Virus record (IMG/VR): IMGVR_UViG_3300036828_000508
Span: 1 to 52,743 of that record
DNA: 52,743 bases
Reading direction: 5' to 3' (one strand)
Source: a virus
Taxonomy: Duplodnaviria > Caudoviricetes
Shown: positions 19,150-28,080 of the stretch, in pieces
Numbering within the stretch: position 1 is the stretch's first letter
Layout: each line of letters begins with the position of its first letter
Position numbers and translations under genes: made by a program
Notes under the pieces: generated by a model
Seen by the model: the letters and a program-made list of their open reading frames with translations, nothing else
Database searches by the model: none
What the model was told of the DNA's origin: nothing

Positions 19150-19794
19150 ATGCGCAAGCTTCTACTCGGACTTACGGCACTCGCGGCGTTCGCCACACCT
19201 GCAAAAGCAGACGTCGTTCTTGATCCCATGCTCAGCGGCACCGGCGATAATGTTGTTTTCGATAGCTTTAACGGTAACGCCGCCATCGGTAGCTTCAATG
19301 GCCAACACACAGGGTTGGTGGATTTTACCGACCTCTCCGGCAATCCCCTGTTCACCGGCGCCGCCAATGGCAACGATATCAAGATATCCAACACCAACGA
19401 TCTCCAGGTCGAGGTATTTGACTCGACCAATACCAACGTGCTGACCACCTCAACCCAAGTGTTTTCGCTCAAAGGTACCGGCGATGTGACTGCCTTCGTG
19501 CAGGCCACCGACGGCCTGTTCCACTTCGACCTGGGTACGATCGATCCCAACGCGCAGTCCGGCTTCACGCTTAGCGCCATCAACGGCGAGACCATGAACC
19601 TGCTGACGTTGGTCGATATCGGCGGCACGATCTCTGATTACGAGCACTACCGCATCGACGTAGCGGGACCGTTGGTGGCCACCACGCCGCTGCCGGCTGC
19701 TTTCCCGCTGTTCGCAGGTGGCCTTGGCCTGATGGCTTGGGTGACGCGCGGACGCAAGAAGCAAGCAACATCAATCCTCAGTACTCAACCTTAA
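19150..19794 (+). CDS. PEP-CTERM/VPLPA-CTERM-like exported protein
   Basis: Signal peptide; C-terminal TPLPAAFPLFAGGLGLMAWVTRGRKK. Confidence 0.8.
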   Translation: MRKLLLGLTALAAFATPAKADVVLDPMLSGTGDNVVFDSFNGNAAIGSFNGQHTGLVDFTDLSGNPLFTGAANGNDIKISNTNDLQVEVFDSTNTNVLTTSTQVFSLKGTGDVTAFVQATDGLFHFDLGTIDPNAQSGFTLSAINGETMNLLTLVDIGGTISDYEHYRIDVAGPLVATTPLPAAFPLFAGGLGLMAWVTRGRKKQATSILSTQP

Positions 19795-19877
19795 ACGCCG
19801 CGCTGAATGTTATTGCGGATTGTTATGCATTGTTGCAGCGATCCGATTCGAGCAACCACGTTCTGATTTTGTACTCA

Positions 19878-20192
19878 ATGCGCACTAAAGCCATCGATCG
19901 CGGGTGGCGTGACTGGTATCAGCTGCAACGCTGGCGTAATCGCGCCAAGTACCAACTGCAGCAAGAACCGTTCTGCGTCATGTGTGCGCAGCAAGATCGC
20001 GCTGTGATGGCAACAATCGCCGATCACATCGAACCACATCGCGGCGATTGGAATGAATTCCGTCTCGGCAAATTGCAGTCGCTGTGCGCGCGTTGCCATA
20101 GCAGCTCAAAGCAGCGCATCGAACACGGCAAGCCACCGCTCATCGCCATTGGTGCCGATGGTTGGCCAGTCTGCGAAACGGATCTTGCATGA
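19878..20192 (+). CDS. Packaging-associated HNH endonuclease
   Basis: PFCVMC, ADHIEPHRG, LQSLCARCH. Confidence 0.85.
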   Translation: MRTKAIDRGWRDWYQLQRWRNRAKYQLQQEPFCVMCAQQDRAVMATIADHIEPHRGDWNEFRLGKLQSLCARCHSSSKQRIEHGKPPLIAIGADGWPVCETDLA

Positions 20193-20271
20193 AATAAATT
20201 GAGCGGCCCAAAGCAACGCGTTAACGTCGCTTCGGGCCTAACCAAGACGACAAGCCTGTGTAGAGGCGTGT

Positions 20272-20766
20272 GTGATGGCTAAGTGTGATGTGGGTACGTT
20301 TGATTTATTCGGTCAAGTAGCCCTCAAACAAACTGAACAATTAAATGGTTTTGACCAAAGGCCTCTCAATGGCTTTACGAAAGACGGTCGCTATGCAGAA
20401 TTCATCGTGTGCGCTTACCTCACGCGAATGGGGTACCACGCAACGCATGTCGACACACAAGGCTTTGACATCCTGCTACGGCATGAAACACGAAGCTATC
20501 GCATTGATGTAAAGAGCACATCCCACGTCCGTCGCGGTACGTTTAAGGAACGTGCGGTGTGGAATATCGTCAACCATACTAGACCAGAACCAGGCCGCCA
20601 ACGTGTTCACGTTAGAAAAGGTCCGTTAGACGCTGATTTGCTGGCGTTGTTTTTCCGACCGCTGGAAACCGTAGTGTTCCGAGCAGTTGATGAGGAAATG
20701 AAGCTTCGATTGTTGCTGCCGCTGGCTCTCGTCCGAAATAGTCACGATGGCAGACAGGTCTCTTGA
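20272..20766 (+). CDS. PD-(D/E)XK endonuclease, homing-endonuclease-like
   Basis: GRYAEF...FDIL...RIDVKST. Confidence 0.65.
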   Translation: MMAKCDVGTFDLFGQVALKQTEQLNGFDQRPLNGFTKDGRYAEFIVCAYLTRMGYHATHVDTQGFDILLRHETRSYRIDVKSTSHVRRGTFKERAVWNIVNHTRPEPGRQRVHVRKGPLDADLLALFFRPLETVVFRAVDEEMKLRLLLPLALVRNSHDGRQVS

Positions 20767-21022
20767 AGCCGCGATCAAGCATTTGGAATGTGGGGCTTAA
20801 AAGGGGGGATCCAAACCCGCCTGGCCGAACAAGCCATACCTGGCTCGAACAAGCCCACCCTAGTTCAAACAAGCCGGGGGCGGGGAGGGTCAAAAACTTT
20901 TGGGGGGCACCCCATTCGCGGCGCGTGTCGGACAAACCTCTATAAATGCTAGCAAAATTAATGACTGAATTTACAAAATCCGAAAACCGGCAAAAACCGC
21001 TCGATTTGGCGGAGTTTCCGTT

Positions 21023-21457
21023 ATGATCAAGCGCGGGCGGGTTTCGGCGGCCGAGAAGAACATCACGGTTATTGCGGGGGCGTTTGGCGAGCGGCCAGCG
21101 CCGCCGGCTGATTTCAACGAGCGCCAGGCCGAGATCTGGCGCCAAATTGTGGCGTCTGAGCCGGGCGAGTTTTTCAATACCGCGACGGTGCGCGACATGC
21201 TGGCCAATCTTTGCCGCCATCGCGAAGCGGCGGACAGGTTGGCGGTGGTAATTGATGGGTTTGAGCTTGAGTGGCTTAAATCGGACGAGGGCTCGAGGCG
21301 TTATGCGCTGCTTTTGAGAATGCGGGTTCAAGAGACCCGCGCTGCCGCCAGTTTTGCCACCAAGCTGCGGCTTACCAATCAATCGCGCTATGTGCCGGAC
21401 ACTGCCGCGCGGATGGCGCGTGATGGGCTCAAGGGCACCAAGCCTTGGGAGTTGTGA
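21023..21457 (+). CDS. terS: Terminase small subunit
   Basis: Upstream of and overlapping terL; PAPP, ATKLRLTNQSR. Confidence 0.75.
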   Translation: MIKRGRVSAAEKNITVIAGAFGERPAPPADFNERQAEIWRQIVASEPGEFFNTATVRDMLANLCRHREAADRLAVVIDGFELEWLKSDEGSRRYALLLRMRVQETRAAASFATKLRLTNQSRYVPDTAARMARDGLKGTKPWEL

Positions 21458-22983
21458 AGCAAAAGCGCCGCCCTCGCGAGACCAGAGGCGAGCGCAACGT
21501 CCGCTGGATCGAATCGTATTGCCGTATTCCCGAAGGGCCAAAGCTTGGCAAGGCGGTTAAGCTTCGTGACTGGCAAAAGGCTGAGATCGTCAAGATCTAC
21601 GACAATCCGACTGGGACGCGCCGCGCCATCATTTCGTGGGGCCGGAAGAACGCCAAGACGACGTTTGCCGCGTTCCTGCTGCTGCTACACCTATGCGGGC
21701 CGGAGAAGCGCTACAATTCGCAATTGTACTCGGCGGCGCAAAGCCGCGACCAGGCGGCGCTGATCTTCAATCTCGCGGCGAAGATTGTGCGGATGTCGGC
21801 CGATCTGCGCACGGTCGTGGTTATTCGCGATACCGCCAAGCAACTGTTTTGCCCGGAGCTGGGCACGCTGTATCGCGCATTGTCGGCCGAGGCGGCGACG
21901 GCGTACGGATTGTCGCCGGTGCTTATTGTGCACGACGAGCTCGGCGTGGTGCGCGGCCCGCGTTCGGCGCTCTACGAGGCGCTCGAGACCGCGACCGGCG
22001 CGCAGGAAGCGCCGCTGTCGGTGATCATCTCGACGCAGGCGGCGACCGACAACGATCTGCTTTCGATTCTGATTGACGACGCCGTCGCCGGCAACGATCC
22101 GCGGGTGACGTGTTCGCTGCATACGGCACCGGTGGGCGCCGATCCGTTTGCTGAGGAGACCATCAAGCTCGCCAATCCGGCATACGGCGACTTTCTAAAC
22201 CCGGTCGAAGTCATGGCTATGGCGCAGGACGCCAAGCGCATGCCGGCGCGCGAGGCCGAGTTCCGTAATCTGGTGCTCAATCAGCGCGTCGAGACCGACA
22301 AGCCGTTCGTGTCGCGGCTGGCCTGGAAGGAATGCGGCGCCCCGGTTGAAGATCTGCATGGCGTTGCGCTGTTTGCCGGGCTTGATCTGTCCAGTGTTGC
22401 CGATCTCACCGCGCTGGTGCTGATCGGCGAGATCGACAGGGTATGGCATGTCCAGCCTACGTTCTGGCTGCCGGAGGAGGGCCTGGTCGAGAAATCGGAT
22501 CGCGATCGCGTTCCCTACGATCTGTGGCGGGGCCAGGGATTTCTGAAAACAACGCCGGGCAATTCGGTGTCCTACGAGTTTGTTGCGCAATATCTACGCG
22601 AAGTGTTTGCCGAATACGACATCCGCAAGCTAGCGTTTGACGACTGGAACATGATGCATTTCAAGCCGTGGCTGCTGCAGGCTGGGTTTTCCGAATCGTT
22701 GCTGGCGGACCGTTTCGTTAATTTCCGCCAGGGTACCAAGTCGATGTCGCCGGCGCTGCGGGTGCTCGAGCAGGCGGTGCGCGAGCGCCGGCTGGCGCAT
22801 GGCAACCACCCGGTGTTGGCGATGTGCGCAGGGTGCGCCGTCGTCGAGGGCAAGGACGACGCCAATCGCAAACTGTCGAAGAATAAATCCACCGGTCGCA
22901 TCGATGGCATGATCGGGTTGACGATGGCGATCGGCGTCGCACCGCTGCAGGTCAAGATCGATATTGAAAGTTTAATAGGCTGA
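21445..22983 (+). CDS. terL: Terminase large subunit
   Basis: GRKNAKT, VHDELG, ISTQA, GLDLSSVADLTA, RIDGM. Confidence 0.95.
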   Translation: MGVVKQKRRPRETRGERNVRWIESYCRIPEGPKLGKAVKLRDWQKAEIVKIYDNPTGTRRAIISWGRKNAKTTFAAFLLLLHLCGPEKRYNSQLYSAAQSRDQAALIFNLAAKIVRMSADLRTVVVIRDTAKQLFCPELGTLYRALSAEAATAYGLSPVLIVHDELGVVRGPRSALYEALETATGAQEAPLSVIISTQAATDNDLLSILIDDAVAGNDPRVTCSLHTAPVGADPFAEETIKLANPAYGDFLNPVEVMAMAQDAKRMPAREAEFRNLVLNQRVETDKPFVSRLAWKECGAPVEDLHGVALFAGLDLSSVADLTALVLIGEIDRVWHVQPTFWLPEEGLVEKSDRDRVPYDLWRGQGFLKTTPGNSVSYEFVAQYLREVFAEYDIRKLAFDDWNMMHFKPWLLQAGFSESLLADRFVNFRQGTKSMSPALRVLEQAVRERRLAHGNHPVLAMCAGCAVVEGKDDANRKLSKNKSTGRIDGMIGLTMAIGVAPLQVKIDIESLIG

Positions 22984-23298
22984 TCGGTTGAGACGTCAAA
23001 GCCTTGGCAAATTGTTTCACGTGAAACCTGACTCGAACAACAACAAACCATGAGCGAGCCGCGGCGTCATAGTCGGTCGCGGCGCAGCCGACGCAAGGCA
23101 TTGCGGCAGGCGCAGCGTGTCCAGGCGGAGCTGGAGTATCTCGCCGCCCGGTTGCGCCGGCTTCTTGGCCATGTCGGCTACGCGGCGAGGAAGGCGGACA
23201 AGCTGCGCAATCGGCTCACCTGAAATCAGATCGAATAACAACAAACAGTCCGCAACCTGCTGCAAGTTACAGCAGAACACTAGCAAAGGGGACCGCAA

Positions 23299-23574
23299 AT
23301 GGCGCTCGGCGGAATTATCCTCGGCCTGATCAACATCGTGATTGTAATAGTGATTTTGTTGCTGATCGGCGCTTGTATTGCGTGGGTTATGAGCACGATC
23401 GGTTGGCCGGTGCCGCAGATGGTGCAGCAGCTTTTTCTTGCGCTCGTGATGCTAGTCGCGGTTTATCTGCTGGTGGCGTTGCTGCTCGGCCTTCCGGGCG
23501 TTCGCCTCATAGGGTCGTTAGAAGGCCAGCCGCAAACGCTGGTGCGTTATTCGCTCGCGTCGCTGTCCAGCTAG
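23299..23574 (+). CDS. Small two-helix membrane protein
   Basis: Two hydrophobic helices. Confidence 0.6.
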   Translation: MALGGIILGLINIVIVIVILLLIGACIAWVMSTIGWPVPQMVQQLFLALVMLVAVYLLVALLLGLPGVRLIGSLEGQPQTLVRYSLASLSS

Positions 23575-23678
23575 GGTCTGGAGACAAAATCAACCAGCGG
23601 CCATTTGTGTGGCTTGGCCGCAAAACCGGAATTACTGGAAATTACAGTAAGACTTGCTCAACAACTGGATGGTGGTCA

Positions 23679-24350
23679 ATGAGGAATCTTCTTTTCGCCG
23701 GTGCGGCGCTGCTCTTCGGTAGCCTTTCGGCGCAGGCCGGGACGTTCGATGCGACGAGCTTCTCGGTAATTGGCGGCGAGAACGTCTCGATGACGTCGCC
23801 GAAGGTGCAAACCGTCAGCGCCGGCGAAGTGACGCTGAGCGGGCCGAGCGGCAACATCGACGTCTGGTGCGTCGATCTTCTCGACGTGATCAGTCTGCCT
23901 TATCTTTATAGCACCGGTGTCTACGTGCCGGGCTCTTCAGTGCCGGGCATGCCGACATTGGACGCGACGCAGACCCACGATGTTGCCGATCTGATCGAGA
24001 ACGGCCAGGGCACTGGCGCCACCAATGCCGAGATCCAGGTCGCGATCTGGGAAATCCTTTACGGCAGCAACTTCGTGCCGGTCGGCCTCACCGCGCCGTT
24101 CAGCGCCGAAGTCGCAACGCTAATCGGCGAGTCCGGCACGTTGCTCAATTGCCCGGACTGCTCCCTGCAAGTCTTCACCGACGCGCCGACGGTCGTCAGC
24201 CAGTCATTTGCCGATGTTGTTGTGGCACCGACGCCAATCCCTGGCGCGCTGTTGCTGTTTGGGAGCGGCCTCATCGGCCTTGTTGGCGCTGGCTACGGTG
24301 CCAAAAGAAAGCTGCCGCGATCAGCGTTCAATACCGCAATCCAAACATAG
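23679..24350 (+). CDS. Second PEP-CTERM/VPLPA-CTERM-like exported protein
   Basis: Signal peptide (AQA), WCVDL, IQVAIWEI, C-terminal TPIPGALLLFGSGLIGLVG...KRK. Confidence 0.8.
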   Translation: MRNLLFAGAALLFGSLSAQAGTFDATSFSVIGGENVSMTSPKVQTVSAGEVTLSGPSGNIDVWCVDLLDVISLPYLYSTGVYVPGSSVPGMPTLDATQTHDVADLIENGQGTGATNAEIQVAIWEILYGSNFVPVGLTAPFSAEVATLIGESGTLLNCPDCSLQVFTDAPTVVSQSFADVVVAPTPIPGALLLFGSGLIGLVGAGYGAKRKLPRSAFNTAIQT

Positions 24351-24360
24351 GAGATGTCCG

Positions 24361-24975
24361 ATGCGTGGTTTTCTCGCTTACGTCCTGCCGGTCGATAGTG
24401 GACCTGTTGATCCCGGTTTCGGCGTGCCGGGCTGGCCCGCCCACCCGATTGCGCCTGGCGGTCCGCCGCCTGGTCCGTCGCAAGGGCCCGGCTTCCCGAC
24501 GCATCCGATTGCACCCGGTGGCCCGCCTCCGGGCATTTGGGGCGGTCGTCCGCCGAATTGGGTAGATACTACGCCGCCTGGTCCGCAGCCGAGTCCGGGC
24601 TGGCCTCCGGTCGTGATGCCGCCGATTTACTATCCGGGCGGAACGCCTCCGGGCATTTGGGGCGGTCGTCCGCCGGACTACGTCGACATCGGTCCGCCGC
24701 CTCCGCAGCCGGTGCCTGGTTGGCCTCCTGTTGCGATGCCGCCGATTTACTATCCGCCTAGCGGCAGCGGCAGGCCGCCTGGCATTTGGGGCGGTGGCAA
24801 CGAGCCGTTCCCGACGCCGCCGATCCATCTGCCGCCCGAATACCCGATACCGGAAGGCAAGGTTGCGATCCTGGTCTGGACGCCGGACGACGGTTTTCAG
24901 GTCAAAGTCATCGAGAAGCCGCCGGGCTACAATCCGCCGCCCGGTGCCGCGGTGCCGACACCGCAGGAAGCCTAA
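24361..24975 (+). CDS. Proline/glycine-rich repeat protein
   Basis: AGGAG RBS; repeated HPIAPGGPPPG, PPGIWGG, PPIYYP. Confidence 0.7.
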   Translation: MRGFLAYVLPVDSGPVDPGFGVPGWPAHPIAPGGPPPGPSQGPGFPTHPIAPGGPPPGIWGGRPPNWVDTTPPGPQPSPGWPPVVMPPIYYPGGTPPGIWGGRPPDYVDIGPPPPQPVPGWPPVAMPPIYYPPSGSGRPPGIWGGGNEPFPTPPIHLPPEYPIPEGKVAILVWTPDDGFQVKVIEKPPGYNPPPGAAVPTPQEA

Positions 24976-25095
24976 CGCTAGGAATTGACCTGATCGCGAG
25001 ATGATCGCGAAAGACGGTTGCTGTTAACGATGGCAGCCGTCCCAGAGAGAGTCCGCGACTCCCTCCCGCAGGCTGCGGACTCTCTCGCTTCTCCT

Positions 25096-25128
25096 AAAAA
25101 AGTGGGGCCGCCGGACGAGGGCGACCCC
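25096..25128 (-). terminator. Intrinsic terminator downstream of the orphan array unit
   Basis: - strand GGGGTCGCC-N7-GGCGGCCCC-AC-TTTTTT. Confidence 0.6.
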
Positions 25129-25134
25129 GTAGAT

Positions 25135-25191
25135 CCCTGCCATTCCATTGCCAGGCTTTGCATTGCTTGCCTCGCCGAGCCGCGCCACTCC
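25135..25191 (-). ncRNA. Orphan single unit of the pentamer array
   Basis: + strand: CCC T GCC AT TCC AT TGC CA GGC TT TGC AT TGC TT GCC TC GCC GA GCC GC GCC AC TCC. Confidence 0.7.
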
Positions 25192-25232
25192 TTCAACAAC
25201 CCGAAGCCTATCGGACCGACGAAGGTAAAGCC

Positions 25233-27698
25233 ATGCTAAAATTAAAAGAATACGCAGACCCAGGCTATCAAAGTGACGGCAAAAAGCGGTTTCCGCTCGA
25301 TGATGCAAATTGGGTTCGGCGCTCTTGGGCGCGGCTGGTTCAAATCGGTGACAAATATACCGATGAGCAAAAGCGGCGCATTGCCATCCGGATCACTGCG
25401 GCTTGGAAGGACAAGATCGAATCGGCCGGGCCGCCGGCGCTCGACGACAAGGCCGCGATGGAGATTGTTCAGCGCGAGTCGTTGTTAATCATCAAAGCCG
25501 AGGCGCCGGACCCGGACGATGACGAGTCCCACGATGACTACATCGAACGCTGCATCGACGAGATGACGTCGGACGACGACGACCTCGCCGACGACCAGGC
25601 CGAGGAAGCGTGCCAACTCAATTGGGAAGAATACGACGATCGCGGCGCCGGCTTGATAATGCACAAGACGCGTACGACGCCCGCCGGTGGCATGGTATTT
25701 GTTTTGTCCGATGCAACGCCCGATCGCTTCGGCGACATCATCGAGGTGTCATCCTGGGACACCGAGAACTTTCAAAAAAATCCCATCGCGTTATTCAACC
25801 ATGACAAAAGTTTTGTGATCGGGAAATGGGCCAATCTGAAAAACGACGACAAGGATCTGCGCGGCGAGCTGGTGCTGGCGCCGAAAGGCACGTCGCCGCG
25901 CATCGATGAAATTCGCCGGCTGATCGAAGCCGACATCCTGCGCGCCGTCTCGGTCGGCTTTCGCCCGGTCGAGACCGAGCCGATCAACGCCAAGGATCAG
26001 TGGGCTGGCACCCGCTATCTCAAAAGCGAGCTGGTGGAGACCAGCGTGGTCGCGGTGCCGGCAAATCCGAATTGTTTGGCAATCGCTCGGAGCTTGAACA
26101 TTTCACCTGCAACTGTCCGCTTGGTTTTTGGCGAGCATGCCAACGAGAAAGTCATGCGGCGGAATTACGACGCGAACCGAGGCGAGGATGCCAATACGCG
26201 GCGCGCGGCGAAGACTGGCGAGGATGCCGACGACAACAGGAAAGCTACCAACGGCGAGCATGCCGAAACACATCGTAGTACGACGAGGGGAAACCCCATG
26301 TTGCTTTCGCAACGCATTCAGGAAGCCCAAAAGCGCGTCATCGCGCTGCAGGACAATCTCGACAAACATCTCGAAGGTATCGACGACGAAAGCCCGAGCG
26401 AAGAGCAGATGGTGCTGACCGAGGATCTGACCAGCAAGATCCAGACGGCAACGCGCCATCATGACAGCCTGGTCGCCATCGAAACCAAGAACGGTGCTCG
26501 CGCCGTCGACGCCGGCGATGCCGGTAAGACCGGCAGGAGCCTGATCAAAGCCCCGGCTGATCTGATCATCCGCAGCAAGAAAAAGGCCGACGTTCTCGAC
26601 CTTTTTGTGCGGGCAATAATCGTCGGCACCAAGGCGCGTATCGATGGCACCCCCATTGACGACATGCGCCGCAAAATTTACGGCGACGACGAGGCGCAGC
26701 GCGTGGTTTGCGATTACGTTCTCAAGGCAGCCTCGGCGCCCGCCATGACCACGGTGGCCGGATGGGCCGCCGAGCTCGTGCAAACGATCTGGCCGCAGTT
26801 CATGGAAGCGTTGCTGCCCTCGAGCGTATATCCCAAGCTCGAGGCAATGGGTCTCGCGCTGACGTTCGGCGCCGCCGGCCGCATCATCATCCCGACTCGT
26901 AATCTGACGCCCGCGGTGTCCGGCAGCTTCGTCGGTGAAGGTTTGCCGATCCCGGTGCGCCAGACTGCATTCGCCAGTCAAGCGCTTACGCCAAAAAAAA
27001 TGGCAGTAATCACGGTTTGGACAAAGGAAATGGCAGACCACAGCATCCCAGCGATCGAAGGCCTGTTGCGGCAAGCGGTGCTCGAGGATACCGCGATAGC
27101 ACTCGACACCGTTTTGCTCGACAACAATCCGGCGACTGCGATCCGGCCGCCCGGCCTGCGGTCCTATCAAGCGGGTCTCACCGCCTCGACGGCGACGCCG
27201 GGTTACACCGCCTTTGTCGCCGATTACCGGGCACTCTATGGCGCGTTGCTTGGCCTCACCAACGGCAACGTGCGCAAACCGGCAATTCTGCTCAATCCGA
27301 CGCAGACCATGGATCTGAGCACCCTACAACCGCCTGCTGCGGCAGCACCGCTATGGCCGTTGTCGGAGATGGTCAACGCTGGCCGTATCGGCAAAGCCGC
27401 GCTGATTGAATCGGCAACAGTACCGGCGGGCATGGCGATCATGGTCGATGCCGCCGACTTTACCTCGGTCGGTTCTGAAGGAATGCGCATGGACATCAGC
27501 GACCAGGCGACAATTCACCTGGAAGATACCAGTCCGCAGGACATCGTGTCCGGCCCGAGCGGCACGCCGGTCCCTGCGACGCCAGTCAAATCCATGTGGC
27601 AAACAGACTCGCTCGCTTTACGGATGATAGCGCCAATCAATTGGATCATGCGTCGCCCAGTGGTCGCATGGATGACCGGCACGGCGTGGGGCACGTAG
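25233..27698 (+). CDS. Fused prohead protease and HK97-fold major capsid protein with an extra N-terminal domain
   Basis: NPIALFNHD, AVSVGF, ETSVVAVPANP; FVGEG...LTPKKMAVI; probable internal start at 26298. Confidence 0.9.
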   Translation: MLKLKEYADPGYQSDGKKRFPLDDANWVRRSWARLVQIGDKYTDEQKRRIAIRITAAWKDKIESAGPPALDDKAAMEIVQRESLLIIKAEAPDPDDDESHDDYIERCIDEMTSDDDDLADDQAEEACQLNWEEYDDRGAGLIMHKTRTTPAGGMVFVLSDATPDRFGDIIEVSSWDTENFQKNPIALFNHDKSFVIGKWANLKNDDKDLRGELVLAPKGTSPRIDEIRRLIEADILRAVSVGFRPVETEPINAKDQWAGTRYLKSELVETSVVAVPANPNCLAIARSLNISPATVRLVFGEHANEKVMRRNYDANRGEDANTRRAAKTGEDADDNRKATNGEHAETHRSTTRGNPMLLSQRIQEAQKRVIALQDNLDKHLEGIDDESPSEEQMVLTEDLTSKIQTATRHHDSLVAIETKNGARAVDAGDAGKTGRSLIKAPADLIIRSKKKADVLDLFVRAIIVGTKARIDGTPIDDMRRKIYGDDEAQRVVCDYVLKAASAPAMTTVAGWAAELVQTIWPQFMEALLPSSVYPKLEAMGLALTFGAAGRIIIPTRNLTPAVSGSFVGEGLPIPVRQTAFASQALTPKKMAVITVWTKEMADHSIPAIEGLLRQAVLEDTAIALDTVLLDNNPATAIRPPGLRSYQAGLTASTATPGYTAFVADYRALYGALLGLTNGNVRKPAILLNPTQTMDLSTLQPPAAAAPLWPLSEMVNAGRIGKAALIESATVPAGMAIMVDAADFTSVGSEGMRMDISDQATIHLEDTSPQDIVSGPSGTPVPATPVKSMWQTDSLALRMIAPINWIMRRPVVAWMTGTAWGT

Positions 27699-27728
27699 CA
27701 ACACTGATTCACAAACGGAGTGATACCG

Positions 27729-28073
27729 ATGGCAGACACAGAGACCAAAAACCAGCACCCTCAGCATGCTCAGCATGCCCAGCATGCGACGCCCAAGACG
27801 GCCGGCGATCGCATGGCCGAAGATAAAAAGCAGCTCGCGGCCGAGCGCGAGCAGCGTGCCAAAGACATGGCCGAACGCGACAAGCACCGCGGTACGCCAA
27901 CGCCGACGCAGGAGGAATGCGACCTCGCCAAGCTCGGTCATCATCCTCAGCTCGCCGACGATGGCTCGGGGCCGGATCCGAACGAAAAGCTAAATACGGT
28001 CCGGCATATCGGTGCCAAGCCGCCAGCTTCTAATGCGGAGTATCAAACCCGCGCGGCAGCGCCGAAGGTCTGA
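27729..28073 (+). CDS. Hypothetical head-region protein
   Basis: GGAG RBS; PTPTQEECDL. Confidence 0.6.
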   Translation: MADTETKNQHPQHAQHAQHATPKTAGDRMAEDKKQLAAEREQRAKDMAERDKHRGTPTPTQEECDLAKLGHHPQLADDGSGPDPNEKLNTVRHIGAKPPASNAEYQTRAAAPKV

Positions 28074-28080
28074 AACTTCC

